Below, piece after piece: positions 49,501-61,200 of a stretch of DNA of 64,000 bases. The translations under genes and the position numbers were made by a program. How positions within the stretch are numbered: position 1 is the first letter of the stretch; every line of letters starts with the position of its first letter. The notes under the pieces are model-generated. The model searched no databases, was not told where the DNA came from, and saw nothing but the letters and a program-made list of their open reading frames with translations. The DNA is from Lama guanicoe (lineage: Eukaryota), in NCBI GenBank assembly GCA_013239625.1, contig MU053482.1:1711168-1775167 (forward strand), in the 5' to 3' direction.

Positions 49501-51649
49501 CATTTAGGTTACCTATTTTGCATTTCTCATCATTACAAATGCTTCCTTTATAGCTTCATTACAAGAAGGATTTGTGGTTTCTAAAAAAAATATTTTAAAA
49601 AAACAGCTAAAGGTATCAGAACATTAAGATATTAGAACATTAAAATTGTAGACTTTCCAAAATAGAAAACAACTGTATCCTTATCTCCATATGTACTTAA
49701 ATATTCTATAAAATGGACTTGACTAAATCCCAATTGTTTATTGAAAGCTTTCCCCATATTTAGGTTTATTTAATTATTAAAATTTCACTTAGCAAATCAC
49801 TTAAGCATGACTAAAAACTTAATGGGTTTTATAGAGTGAAGCTCTGCTTTCCCTTGTTAATAACCTTCCCTATTACTAACAACAAAAACAAAAACTCTAG
49901 CACTGTTAACAAAAGAGCTTTCTGAAAGCAACATTAAACCATCTGCAGCATTTCATTCTTAGGGCAAATAAATCAATAAAGAACTGGATGTGTTTATACT
50001 TCTGATTACCGCAATACAAGAAAGGTCTTAATGGATGGTTCTTTAAGATACGTAAGCTTCTCCCTAAATACTGAGGAAGTTCTACAGGCCATATTTAATT
50101 CAGCATTGCTTAAAGTGGTGCACTAGCAACAGCTGACTGTCTTCCTCACATCTTGAAAGAACCACATTAGGAGGCCAAGGTCCAAAATAAATCAAGGTTT
50201 ACAAAAAGGCTAGCAAAAGCAAAAGGGGCATTTTTAGAGTGAAAAGGCAGTTTGCCTGATGATAAAACGTAACGCTGAGAAAGCAGAACTTCTTATCTTT
50301 ATTCTGCTAACATATTCTTTACCAAAAGGTATGAATTTGGGGTTAAATGGAGAATTAATAGTCCTAGAGGGAAAAAATGTCCCAGATGGGTGAGGAGTTC
50401 AAGTCTGTTCACTAAATAATTTCTACCAAGAAGACTGGTAAAACTTGCAAATAAGATCACCGAACTAAAAAAAAATTTAAGAAATTATATTGATTCAAAG
50501 AGAAATCTTGAATGAACGGAGATAGATAATTTGTTCCAGTTCACAAAAAGTGAAGGTGATCCTAAAAGCAGTTTCAAAACACTGATACATTTAAAAAAAT
50601 AATTTAAATGGTCTACCAAAAAGACATGCTTATCCTAATCAATGGTGAAATTGTGAAAAAAAATTAAGAGGCAGTGGGAGAAATTTGAACACCAACTGGA
50701 TGTTTCATGACATTAAGGAATTATTGATTTTTAGATGTAATAATAATATTGTGGCTATATTTTAAGAAGAATTCTTATGTTTTCAGAGATGTATATGAAA
50801 GTATTTAAGGGTGAAATGACCCAATGTCTGGGATTTGCTTCAAAATAATTGAGCATATGAAGGAAAAAGTTAAGTGGGAATATTCATGACACAAGATGAT
50901 GGTTGTTGAAGCAGGGTAATGTGGATTCATTTTACTACTCTCTCTACTTTTGCTTATGTTTGAAAATGTCTTTAACAAAAAAAAAGGTTTTAGGAATGAA
51001 GAATAGCATATAGCTGAGAGAGATAGTAAACATATACACTGAATAGAACAATAAATGTTCTGAAAAAATGTCAAGAGGCTAGAATTCTGGACTAAATTTA
51101 AATAGATAAAATGCGACAGAGAAGGCTACCAAGTCCTGTATTTGGTTCTGAAACATCAAATGAACAGTACAAAATGGACAAAACCTAGATGAGCAGCTCC
51201 TATTTAAAATTAAGTTTAAGATTCTAATTAAACAGCAAGTGCTAAAAAATCTAAAGCAATCCCCAGGATGCATTAATTGAAGTACAGAATTTTAAAAAAG
51301 AGGGTGGGGGAATGCAATCAGCTGCTCTTCCATGAGGTAACTGGGTTACACGTGCTATTGTTTGCCTTCTAAGAGGGCTATGTTTAGATACTTGTAACTA
51401 TGTCATATGAGGAATAGATAAAGGAGCTAGGGATGCCAATGTAGGAAAAAAGATGGAAGAAGGGGATATGATACTAGTCTTCAAATTCCTGAACTCATTA
51501 TCTTTCCCCTTTAATCTACTTTACTTCATTACTATTTTGGTAAAGGGTGTCATAAATCTATATATTCTCAGTTTATAGCCAATAAACTGAGAATAATTCA
51601 AGATGCCTCCCTCTCCTTTACCTTCCACTTCTATTTAAAAACGTCTCTT

Positions 51650-52215
51650 AGAATTGTTCTCTTTCCTCCCAGCCAGTATTGACTGCCTCCCTTGCTCCAT
51701 TTACTCCATCTTCCTCCTGTACCCCTATTTCCCTTTGGGAATCACTCTCAACTCTACAGTGGTTAATCTGCATATTGTTTCTACCCACAGCACTACAAGT
51801 AACTTAATTCAAGCCATTAAGATGAGTGGCTATGTTAGCAGGAATTACTGGGAAAGAACTGGGAGATGGGAGGAGGGGATAAGAGTGAGAGGGGAGTGAA
51901 GGAAGAGTTCAAAAGAAAAGAAAAACATTCTCTCCTTCTCTGGATAATTGAATGTGAGGAAGTGATATCTGGAACTCATGCAACCACTGTTGCTACCCTA
52001 AGAGAGAAATCAGATAGCGCCAACTTGAGAAAGAACCCAGAAGTGAAAAGGACACAGAAAATCAGACAGAAGCCCTGATGAGACTGTGAATCTCTAGATC
52101 AAACCACACAGGAGGCCAGTTCTAACACAGGGTCAATTCATTTGCACAATAAATTTTCTTTTTGCCTTAAGACAGTTCACCTGAACTTTCTGTCACTTAT
52201 CATGAGAATCCTAAT
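51650..52215 (+). mobile_element. MaLR LTR fragment (old MLT1-type)
   Basis: ctagatcaaaccacacaggaggccag...aataaattttctttttgccttaagacagttcacctgaactttctgtcactta MLT1 3' motifs. Confidence 0.6.
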
Positions 52216-52559
52216 GGATGAGCCCAAAGACCCTGGCTTAATGATGTTCCTGGTGTCTCAACTGGACTACTGCAACAATGTTCTCCCTAATGAAATCCTC
52301 ACCATCCAGCCTTTACACTGTTGTCAAGGTGTCCTTTCTAAAACTAAACTGGATGTTTCTCTTCTATTTACAAATTTACAATGGCCTCTTCTGTCTTTAG
52401 AATAATATCCAAACTCCTTAAGTATGGCGGAAAAAAAACCTTTACATTTTGGCCCCTTACAACTTCTCTGGTGTCTTCTCTTACAGCTAGCTCTAAAGCT
52501 ATTTCAAGCCTCTGGGTGTTCTTTTTTGCTCTGTATTCCCTCTGCCTGGAATGTCCTTT

Positions 52560-52737
52560 TTTAATTTTTTAAATTGAAGTATAGTTAATTTACAACGTTG
52601 TGTTAGTTTATGGTGTACAGCATAGCGATTCAGTTATACATATATATTCTTTTCATATTCTTTTTCATTTTAGGTTATTATAAGATATTGAATACAGTTC
52701 CCTGTGCTACACAGTAGGTCCTTGTTGTTTATCTATA
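52560..52737 (-). mobile_element. Short younger L1 3' end with probable target-site duplication
   Basis: tttttaaattgaagtatagttaatttacaacgttgtgttagttt...ggtgtacagcatagcgattcag; flanked by gaatgtccttttttaat / gaaggtccttcttaat. Confidence 0.8.
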
Positions 52738-52789
52738 GAAGGTCCTTCTTAATCTGGCTAATAAAACACTTTAAGAGTTACCTCCTCAA

Positions 52790-55110
52790 TTTAGCCAAAG
52801 AATACAGGCTGGTTTACATTCAGAAATCAATTATGTAATACATATCAATAGAATGAAGGACAAAATCCCCATCATCACTTCAATAAACACAGAAAAAGCA
52901 AAATTCAACACCCCTTCATAATAAAAATACTCAACAAACTAGGAATAAAGGGAATTCCCTCAAGCTGATAAAGGGCATCTTAAAAAAAAAATCCATATCT
53001 AACAATATCCTTAATGGTATGAAAGCTTTCTTAAGGTTAGGAACAATCAAGGTTGTTATCTCTTCACTACTTCTACTCAGCATTGTACTAGAGGTTCTAA
53101 CTCAGGCAGTTAGGAAAGAAAAATGAATAGCATGTAGATTGGAAAAAAATTAGTAAAACAATCTCTACTGGCAGACAACATAATCATGTATTGGAGCTAA
53201 GAAACAATTCACCAAGTTTGCAGAATCAATATTAATACACAAAAGTTGTTTCTAAAAACAGTAATGAACAATTTGAAAATAAAATTAACAAAATAATTCA
53301 ATTTACAATAACACCAAAAATAATAAAATACTTAGAAATACAAATAAGAAATATAAATACTTAACAAAATAAGACTTGTACACTACAAACTTCTTTGAAA
53401 TAAAAACCCAAATAAATTTCTAAAAAACCCTGTGTTCCTAGATTAAAAGACTTAATATTGTTAGGATGGCAATAATCTCCAAATTGATCTACAGATTGCA
53501 ACACAATCAAAACCCCAGCTGGCTTTTTCTACAGAAATTGACAAGCTGATCCTATAATGTGTACAGAACTGCTGGGCCATAGGAGTCAGAAATCAATCTA
53601 GAAAAAAGAACACAATAGGAAGACAATGCTTCACAACCTCAAAACTTAGCACAAAGCTACAGTAATTGAGATAGTATGGTACTGGCATAAGGATAAGTAT
53701 AGTTGATATTTATATCAATGGATCAGAATTGAGAGTGGATCAAAAACAAGCTCTCACACTTATAGTCAGCTGAATTTTGACAAGGGCATCAAAACAATGT
53801 AAACAGAATAGTCTTCAACAAATGATGCTGGGACAACTGCATATCCACATGAAGCTGGACTTCTACCTCACACCATATATAAAAACTAACTCAAAATGGA
53901 TTAAAGAGTAAATACCATAAAACTTGAAAACATGGGCATAAATCTTCATGACCCTGGATTTGGCAAGTTGTTGTTTTTAGATATGGCACCAAAAGCAGAA
54001 GAGAAGAAAAAATAGGTAAAGTTTCACTTCATCGAAATTAAACACTTTTCTTTTTAAATGGACACCATCAAGAAAGCAAAGACAACCCACTAAGGCTGAA
54101 ATGGAAGAAAATAATTGCAAATCAAATATCTGATAATGGACTTGTACCTAAAGTAAAGAATTCTTGTAACTCAACAATAAAAAGACAAAACCTCAATTTA
54201 AAAATGGTCAAAAGTCTGAATAGACATCTCTCCAAAGAAGATACACAAATAGCCGATAAACACATGAAAAGATATCAATGTTGTTATCATGGAAACGCAA
54301 AAGAAAAAACCACAATTAAGATACCACTTCACGCCTACTAGGATGGCTATAATCAAAAAGGCAGACAATAACAAGTGTCCATGAAGATGCAAAGAAACTG
54401 GAACCCCCATGCATTGCCAGCGGGAATGTAAAGTGGTGTAGCTACTTTGGAAAACAATCTAGTGGTTCTTCAAAACTGTTCACAGAGTAACCATATGAAC
54501 CAGAAATTCTACTCTTAGTTCCAGCCACACTAAAATGCTCACATTTCCCAAGTGCATAGACTCCAGAGAAATGAAAGCATTTATCCACACAAAAACCTGT
54601 ACACAGATGTTAACAGCAGCATTATTCATAATAATCAAAACCCAAAATGCCCATCAACTGATGGATAAATAAAATGTGGTACAGCCACCACAATGGAATA
54701 TTATTCAGGCATAAAAAGCAATGAAGTATTGATACATGCTACAACATGAATGAACCTTGAAAACATGCTATATGAAAGAAGCCAGTCACAAAAGATCACA
54801 TTGTATGATTCCATTTATATGAAATATCTAGAACAAGCAAATCTATGAAGACCGATAGTAGACAGTGGTTGCCTAGGGCAGAAGGGGTGGAGGTGGGGGG
54901 GGGGTGTTGAAAGGTGATGGCAAAAGAGTATGAGTCTGGGGGCGGGGGGATGATGAAATGTTCTAAAATTGATTGTGGTGATGGTTGCATGACTCTGAAT
55001 ATGCTAAAAGCCATTCAAAAGTACACTTTAAATGGCTGAATTCCATGGTACACAAATCATATGTCAAGACAGCAATTATCAAAAAACAAACAAAAACAAA
55101 AACAAAAAAA
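52790..55110 (+). mobile_element. L1M LINE (L1MB-like; degenerate ORF2 3' half, 3' UTR and A-rich tail), antisense to RIC3
   Basis: aaaatactcaacaaactaggaata; gacttctacctcacaccatatataaaaactaactcaaaatggat; acaacatgaatgaaccttgaaaacatgcta; tail aaaaaacaaacaaaaac. Confidence 0.9.
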
Positions 55111-57447
55111 GACTTTCCTCCTCCATGACACCTTTCCTGAGCCACCAGTAAAACTGATCATTCTAACATGTGTCTCTCTCATTCCCTAAAAGGAATAAGT
55201 ACCTGCAATGGACCATTTTGGCACTTATTTAATGTCTGTTTCCCCCTACTAAATTGTGGCTTCATCAAGGCAGAGATCTGACTCATTTTTTCATGGAATC
55301 TGTAGTATTTATACATTGTATGTAAACTATGTTAAAGGTACATCATAAATATTTGTTAAAAGACTACCTTAATGGCTGTCATGTGGGAAAGGGACTGTGC
55401 TTGTCTCACATACTCCAGTGGGCAGAAATGGAAACTACAATGACATGAATTTTAAGAATTTTCAAATAATCAGGGCTGCCCCTTTTTTCAAAGCAAAGGT
55501 TTCTGGGTTTTGTGGATTCTCTGAACTGACATTCAAATTCTGAATGTATGTATAAAAAAGTATGTGCATTTTCTCCTGGGGAAAAATCCATAATTTTCAT
55601 CAAATTCTCAAAGTGATATATAATTCCAAAATGGCTAGGATTCACTGTTTTTAAAATGTCAGTGTACCAGGGCAGCGATTTTAGTTAGCAAATTTCAGTT
55701 ACTGGAATGCATCATTTAAGGTAGGTTTCTGCCTCGATTATACTGCTTTGGTAACTAACTCAAAAAACAACTCACAATATCAGTAGCTTCATCATCTTAC
55801 TCATGTAAAAGTATTGATTGCCCATTATATGCCAACTGCTAAAGAAACAGTGGTGAACAAGACAAACTGCTTGCCCTCAGGAGCTTAGATTTAGAAGGTG
55901 GAGACAAAAAAATAAATGAGTAAACGAACAAGAAAATGTCATACCATATAGTAATGCCTGCAACAGAGAAAATAAAATAACATGATAGAATAAGGAATGA
56001 TGAGAGAGGAAAGAGTTACTTGAGCTAGGGTAATCAGGGGAAGTCTCTCTAAGAAGATTACATTTGAGCTGCAACTTGAGTGCTAGGAAGGAAGCTGAAG
56101 GAAGAACACTTGAGGAATAAACAGAACAAAGTGCACAGATTGGAAGACGAGGACACTGAATATTAGAACTTGAGTTCTTAAGAGAAAGAACCATGTCTAA
56201 TCTCTTTTCTATACAACATTCAGAAGAGTGTCTGGCACTCACATTGAACAGAACTTATTCAACATAATTCAGCATAATGAAAATTCAATGTGTTAAAACA
56301 CTATCCTAGACAAATCTTTATTGCTTAGGATCATCATGAGTTGACTTCTTCAATGCAGACAATATAAGCAAAGTTAGTAAAACCTTTTACGTTGTTTCTG
56401 TAATAAGAAAGAAAAAAAGAAAACCAAATATGTAAGTTTTTTTTTAGAAGTCTCTCCCAGATAGATAGTTTTACAAACATAAAAACTATCAAGCAAATTC
56501 TGTAAACAGATCTGGGTTCAATCTGTCCTCCACCTCTAGAGCTTGGTGCTTTGCATTTGCAGTCTTTATTATCTATGATGCGCAAAAGAGGGCGGAGCGA
56601 CAGCCAGCGTGCACGAATTAGAAGGAAATGAACTTCAACTGAAAAGGAGCTGTCCAACAATCAACAGGTTAACTATTAGTGGAAGTGTGGAGACTGTAAA
56701 ACCATGTCTCAAGGATGTTACACAGATAATTTCTAGGAAAAAGTTACCAGAACTTCACGACCTATAGAGAATTGTTCTAGTTCCTGCTTCCAGCCTTTGG
56801 CATCCGTGCCCGTACACTCACTCATTATGTAAAAGGCCTAGAATGCAACCCACAGGGTGCATTTTTAGCCAGCACATACAGCATGCCAATAACAAAGGAT
56901 TAACAAATATGTGTACAGGTAAGGGGAACGCAGAGCTTTGTTTATCTCAGTAACTGAAATTCGGGTTATTAAAATCTTCAAGTTATATTCACGAAAAGAG
57001 CCTGAAGCAGTGAGCATCCAACACCAAACTGAAAAGTACGCAACGAATTAAGGTTAACAATACCAATTCCAACTGACGATTTCATTCAGAAAGCACACGG
57101 AAACCCTAAGGAGAGGAATCCAACTGGGAGCCCTCTTAACCCAAAGCACCTGAACGAACGGTGCGTAAATGAGTTAGGCCAGTGAGGGGAAGGGGCTATG
57201 AACAACCGGTGTGTGAGAGACCAGCTGGAAGGTGCCGGGGCTTGGATGCCTGCGGCGCAAGATCAGGAGAGACCCGGTCGGGGGGTGGCCCGCTGGTGCC
57301 AAGAGAACCGTGGGGTTTGGCACCTCCCAGTCGCCGCCGGGTCCGCCTTCTCCAGCAGGGATGGAGGCTCCGGAAGCCGCCGTCCCTGGAGCGGCGCCCT
57401 CCGGGCTCGCCCGGCGGCTGGGGGAGGGGGAAGCGGGCCGCGCTTAC

Positions 57448-57571
57448 CTTCGGGCGCCGGCGGCGGCTCCGGCCGCTTTCCGCGGGACAGGAAGGCCTTG
57501 GGCAGCAGCAGCGACACAGCCAGGACAAGCCCCGAGGCCAGGGCCACCCTTTGCACGGTGGAGTACGCCAT
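57448..57571 (-). CDS. RIC3: RIC3 coding exon 1 (signal peptide/first hydrophobic segment)
   Basis: Strong Kozak gcggccATGG; MAYSTVQRVALASGLVLAVSLLLPKAFLSRGKRPEPPPAPE; donor |gtaagc; spliced CDS totals 1107 nt = 368 aa plus stop. Confidence 0.97.
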
Positions 57572-57605
57572 GGCCGCCCGCCCTCGCCGCAGGCGCGGGC
57601 TCCAG

Positions 57606-57632
57606 CCGGAACCGGAACCGGAACCGGAACCG
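57606..57632. repeat. (CCGGAA)4.5 hexamer repeat just 5' of the RIC3 ATG
   Basis: ccggaa x4 plus ccg seen directly. Confidence 0.9.
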
Positions 57633-59348
57633 CAGCGCCCGCGGCCTCTGCCGACCCCACCGAGGACTGCACGGACGGCGACGCGCGAGGGACACGTGAG
57701 CCCGGCGCCCGCGGCTCCAACTCCGTCATGCGGGGCTGACCTGCTCCTCCCGCGCGGTCGCCCGGTGAGATGAACCGCACCCGCGCGCTCTCATTTGTAC
57801 GAGCTCGAAACTCCTCCCTCTGCCCCACGCCCCAGTGGGCGGTCTACCGCCCAAACCTCCAGTTGTGCCCTTCTCTCCATCCTTGCTCACCACAGTGCTC
57901 ACTCCTAACAGTTTCCTAGTTACTGCTCGACTCATGCCCCTCATATCCCTTCTCATCTGCAGCCAAAATGCAGGTCTAATGCGTTTTTAGCTCCCCATAG
58001 TTTAAAATCGGTCAAATACTCCTCTTTATTCTCAGAACGAGGGTCAAACTCCGTTCTATGACCCCTCGGCCCTCCGTGATCTGGCCTTATCAATGCTTCA
58101 TCAAAACTAGACCATTTGCTATTTCCCCAGCTTTTTCTTTGCTTTCAAGGGTCTTTTGATTGTTCTATTACCTCAACCTGGAAAATTCCTAACACATCTC
58201 CACCTGTTAAAAACTTCTCAAAGAACAGCTGAAAAATATTACCCTCATGAAACCTCTTCAATCAGCCTCTCCTTCCTCTGTATCCCCACAGTCTTCGTTA
58301 TTGTCTTTATGCATTTATTTAATCAACATTCTAGTGATTCTTACTGTATATCACAACCTGAAATGGCACTCCAGAGTCTGATGAATAAAATGGGTTCCCT
58401 ATGGGGTAGATAGTTATTGAAACAAGAAAATGCAGGAAATATTCTGGACTCTGTGGCGCTCAGCTCAACTGGAAGGAGGAGGAATCAGGAAAATCTCCTG
58501 GGAGTGAGTTCAGGTACACACAAAAGGAGTGGCATAGGGACAGCAAGTCAGAGGGGTTCACTTGCTATTGCCACAGTCTTTTTGGTAAAGGAAATGGTCA
58601 TGCCACTATCTGAGAACAAGCAGGGTGGGAAAGGACTTGAGTGTGGTGAAGGTTTGGAAATGTGATGAAGTATTCATTCAGAATTCACTCCAGCTTAGCA
58701 AAGGGGCTCCCTTTGAGGATTAAAGACAGTCAGGGATTCCCTGTTCTCTCCCTGAAGATTAAGAGCATCTTCCAAGCAGCACATTCTGGGTAGGATCTGG
58801 AATCTCCCAAGCATCCCCTGAGACTGACAGCCTCCAAGGGGCCCATGCTAGAAGACCGAAGGTGAGCAGGGGAGGGACGGATAATTGGAAAGTCCCTTAG
58901 AGATCAGTTAGTAAGCTGTCTTGTTATTGGACCAACAGGAAAACTGAGATCTGCAAAGGGGAAGGGATTTGCCATGGATCACCCTGATAATTAGTGACTG
59001 CACCAGGATTGAAACCCAGATCTCCCAACTCCCAGACCAGGCTTCTCTCTACACCTCCCATGCTCCCTGCATGCCTGCCAATTCTTTGGGGCAGTAATGA
59101 GGAAACTGTCTTCGAAAGTAACAGCTAGAACCTTCATTTACTGCATTTAAGGAATCTGAGCTTCCCTGTGTCCTTTTCCCATTTGACAGCCTGTGAGGAA
59201 GTGCCCCAGAATGTTTATCAAGGTGATTTGGAAGACAGTCCACGAAATCAGCCCTAACATCAAATTTCTTTAACATTGGACACCAGTTGAATTCTTACAG
59301 GGGACAAGTGGAGGTTAAGGGAAATATAAGTCAAGGCATTTACTTATA

Positions 59349-59490
59349 TAGTCACTTTTTTGTGGGGGGCGGTAATTAGGTTTGTTTATTAATTTATTTT
59401 ACTATTATTATTTTTTAATAGAGGTACTGGGACCCAGGATCTCTTGCATACTAAGCACATGCTCTACCACTGAGCTATACCCTTCCCTCT
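59349..59490 (-). mobile_element. tRNA-derived SINE, Vic-1-like (camelid), with 16-bp target-site duplication
   Basis: Minus strand reads gggaagggtatagctcagtggtagagcatgtgcttagtatgcaagagatcctgggt...cagtacctc...aaacctaattaccgcccccc; TSD aaggcatttac(t/c)tata at 59333-59348 and 59491-59506. Confidence 0.8.
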
Positions 59491-60402
59491 AAGGCATTTA
59501 CCTATAAATAAGTATAAAGTAAACTTTTCCTAGTATTGAATTGACAGCTGTTTCATTAATTCCTAAATATGAGGTCTCCCTGGAAGATAAGCACGAGAGG
59601 AAGTGAAGGAAGAAGGAAGGGGAGGACAAAGGAGAACTCACACAAGGTATTTGAAGGAAAAATTTCTAAATGGGAACTAAAAATAAGAAAGGGAGAGTGG
59701 GAGAGAAAGTAGAGGAAAGAGGACCAAGGAGGAAAGAAGATCAAGAAGGAGAAGAATGGACATGAAACAGTAGCTTTCTCATGAACTCCCTGCCTGCAGG
59801 CTCCCAGGTCCTGTCCAGACAAGGCTATTATTCCTGAGTCCAAGCTCTGGACCCTCCTCTGCTTGAAAGCCTTCAATGACTCCCTTTTGTCTGCCAGATT
59901 AAGGTCCAACTCATTGGTCTCCCTTTCAAGGACCTGCATAATTCATCCTCTTGCCCCCAGCTGCCCTCCTGTCTGGACCAGCATGAGCTCAGCTTATTTC
60001 TCTCTCAGGACACTTATTTACCTGATTTCCTTCCCTTCTCCCCTTTCACGGCCAATCTTCCCTAATATACAAGGCCCAAACAAATTGAGCCTCTTCCAGG
60101 AAGCTCTCCTGAACACTCCAGCCCATGCTGAGTCTTCCCTTCACTGAATTCCTGTGGCCATTTTTTCTCATGGGCTTGTTGGGTCTTTTCACCTAAGTGG
60201 AAACTCCAAGAGGATAAGATTGTCTTCTCCCCGTGCCATGACTAAGCACAGAACTGGTTCACAGTAATCACTTATTAACGTATAAGGCTGCTGGTTTCAG
60301 AAACACACACTGATTCTGCCACTGCTCTGAGCAACTACACATCTTTCTAGGAATCGACAATCAGGTGTTTTTTTTTTTTTTTTTTGAGGAGTTGCCTTCA
60401 AA

Positions 60403-60665
60403 GGCACTAACTTTCAGTTATAAAATAAGTCAGTCCTGGGGATGTTATATACAGCTTGATGACTATAGTTACTAATACATTATTGTATATTTGGAAGTTG
60501 CCAAGAGAGTAGATCTTAAAATTTCTCATCATAAGAAAAAAATTATGAGTGGTAATGAGTGCTAACTAGACTTATTGTGGTGATCAATTTGCAATATATG
60601 CAGATATTGAATCATTATGTTGTATACCCGAAACTAATATGTCAGTTACATCTCAATTAAAAAAG
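60403..60665 (+). mobile_element. L1MA-type 3' end fragment
   Basis: ttgccaagagagtagatcttaaaatttctcatcataag...ttatgttgtatacccgaaactaatatgtcagttacatctcaattaaaaa. Confidence 0.8.
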
Positions 60666-60775
60666 ACATGGTTTAGAAAAAAAGAATCACCCCAAAGAAT
60701 CTCATATCAAAAAGTCACTGATTTTGCCTACCATAGGTCACTCTACCATATCCACCAAATGTGCCCCCTAATGAC

Positions 60776-61200
60776 TGTAATGGTTAATTTTATGTCAATT
60801 TGGCTGGGCCACAGTTCCCAGATATATGGTGATACATTATTCTGAATGTTTCTGTGAGGGTGTGTTGGATTAGATTAACATTTCAATTGGTGACATTTGA
60901 GTAAAACATCTGGTCCTCTATGATGTAAATGGGCCTCACCCAATCAGTTGAAGGCCTAAATAGAACAAAAGACTGATGTCCCCAGAGTAAGAGAAAATTC
61001 TGCAGCAGGAGATCTTCAGACTTGAACCAACCATAGCATCAGCTCTTCCTGGGTCTCCAGTCTGCCACCTCACTCCAAAGATTTTGGACCTCTATTATCA
61101 CATGCGCCAATTCCTTAAAATCAACATTCATTCTCTCTCTCCCTCTCCATACACAGACATCCAATTGGCTCTGTTTCTCTGGGGAACTCTGACTAATACA
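60776..61200 (+). mobile_element. ERVL solo LTR (MLT2-like) with 5-bp TSD
   Basis: tgtaatggttaattttatgtcaatttggctgggcca...ggaactctgactaataca; TG/CA ends; flanks atgac/gtgac. Confidence 0.85.

Larger units (their letters stand above)
57200..57860. promoter_or_regulatory. CpG island / RIC3 promoter and first exon
   Basis: Abrupt very GC- and CpG-dense block within AT-rich flanks, spanning the RIC3 ATG. Confidence 0.9.

Noticed and set aside
57182..57956. Six long overlapping ORFs around RIC3 exon 1, suggesting an antisense gene
   Set aside because: Typical CpG-island artefact (Arg/Pro/Gly/Ala-rich); the PEPEPE/RNRNRN/GTGTGT runs are just translations of the CCGGAA repeat
59430..59487. tRNA gene
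   Set aside because: Only a tRNA-like SINE head; no intact B box or cloverleaf, and it is flanked by a TSD
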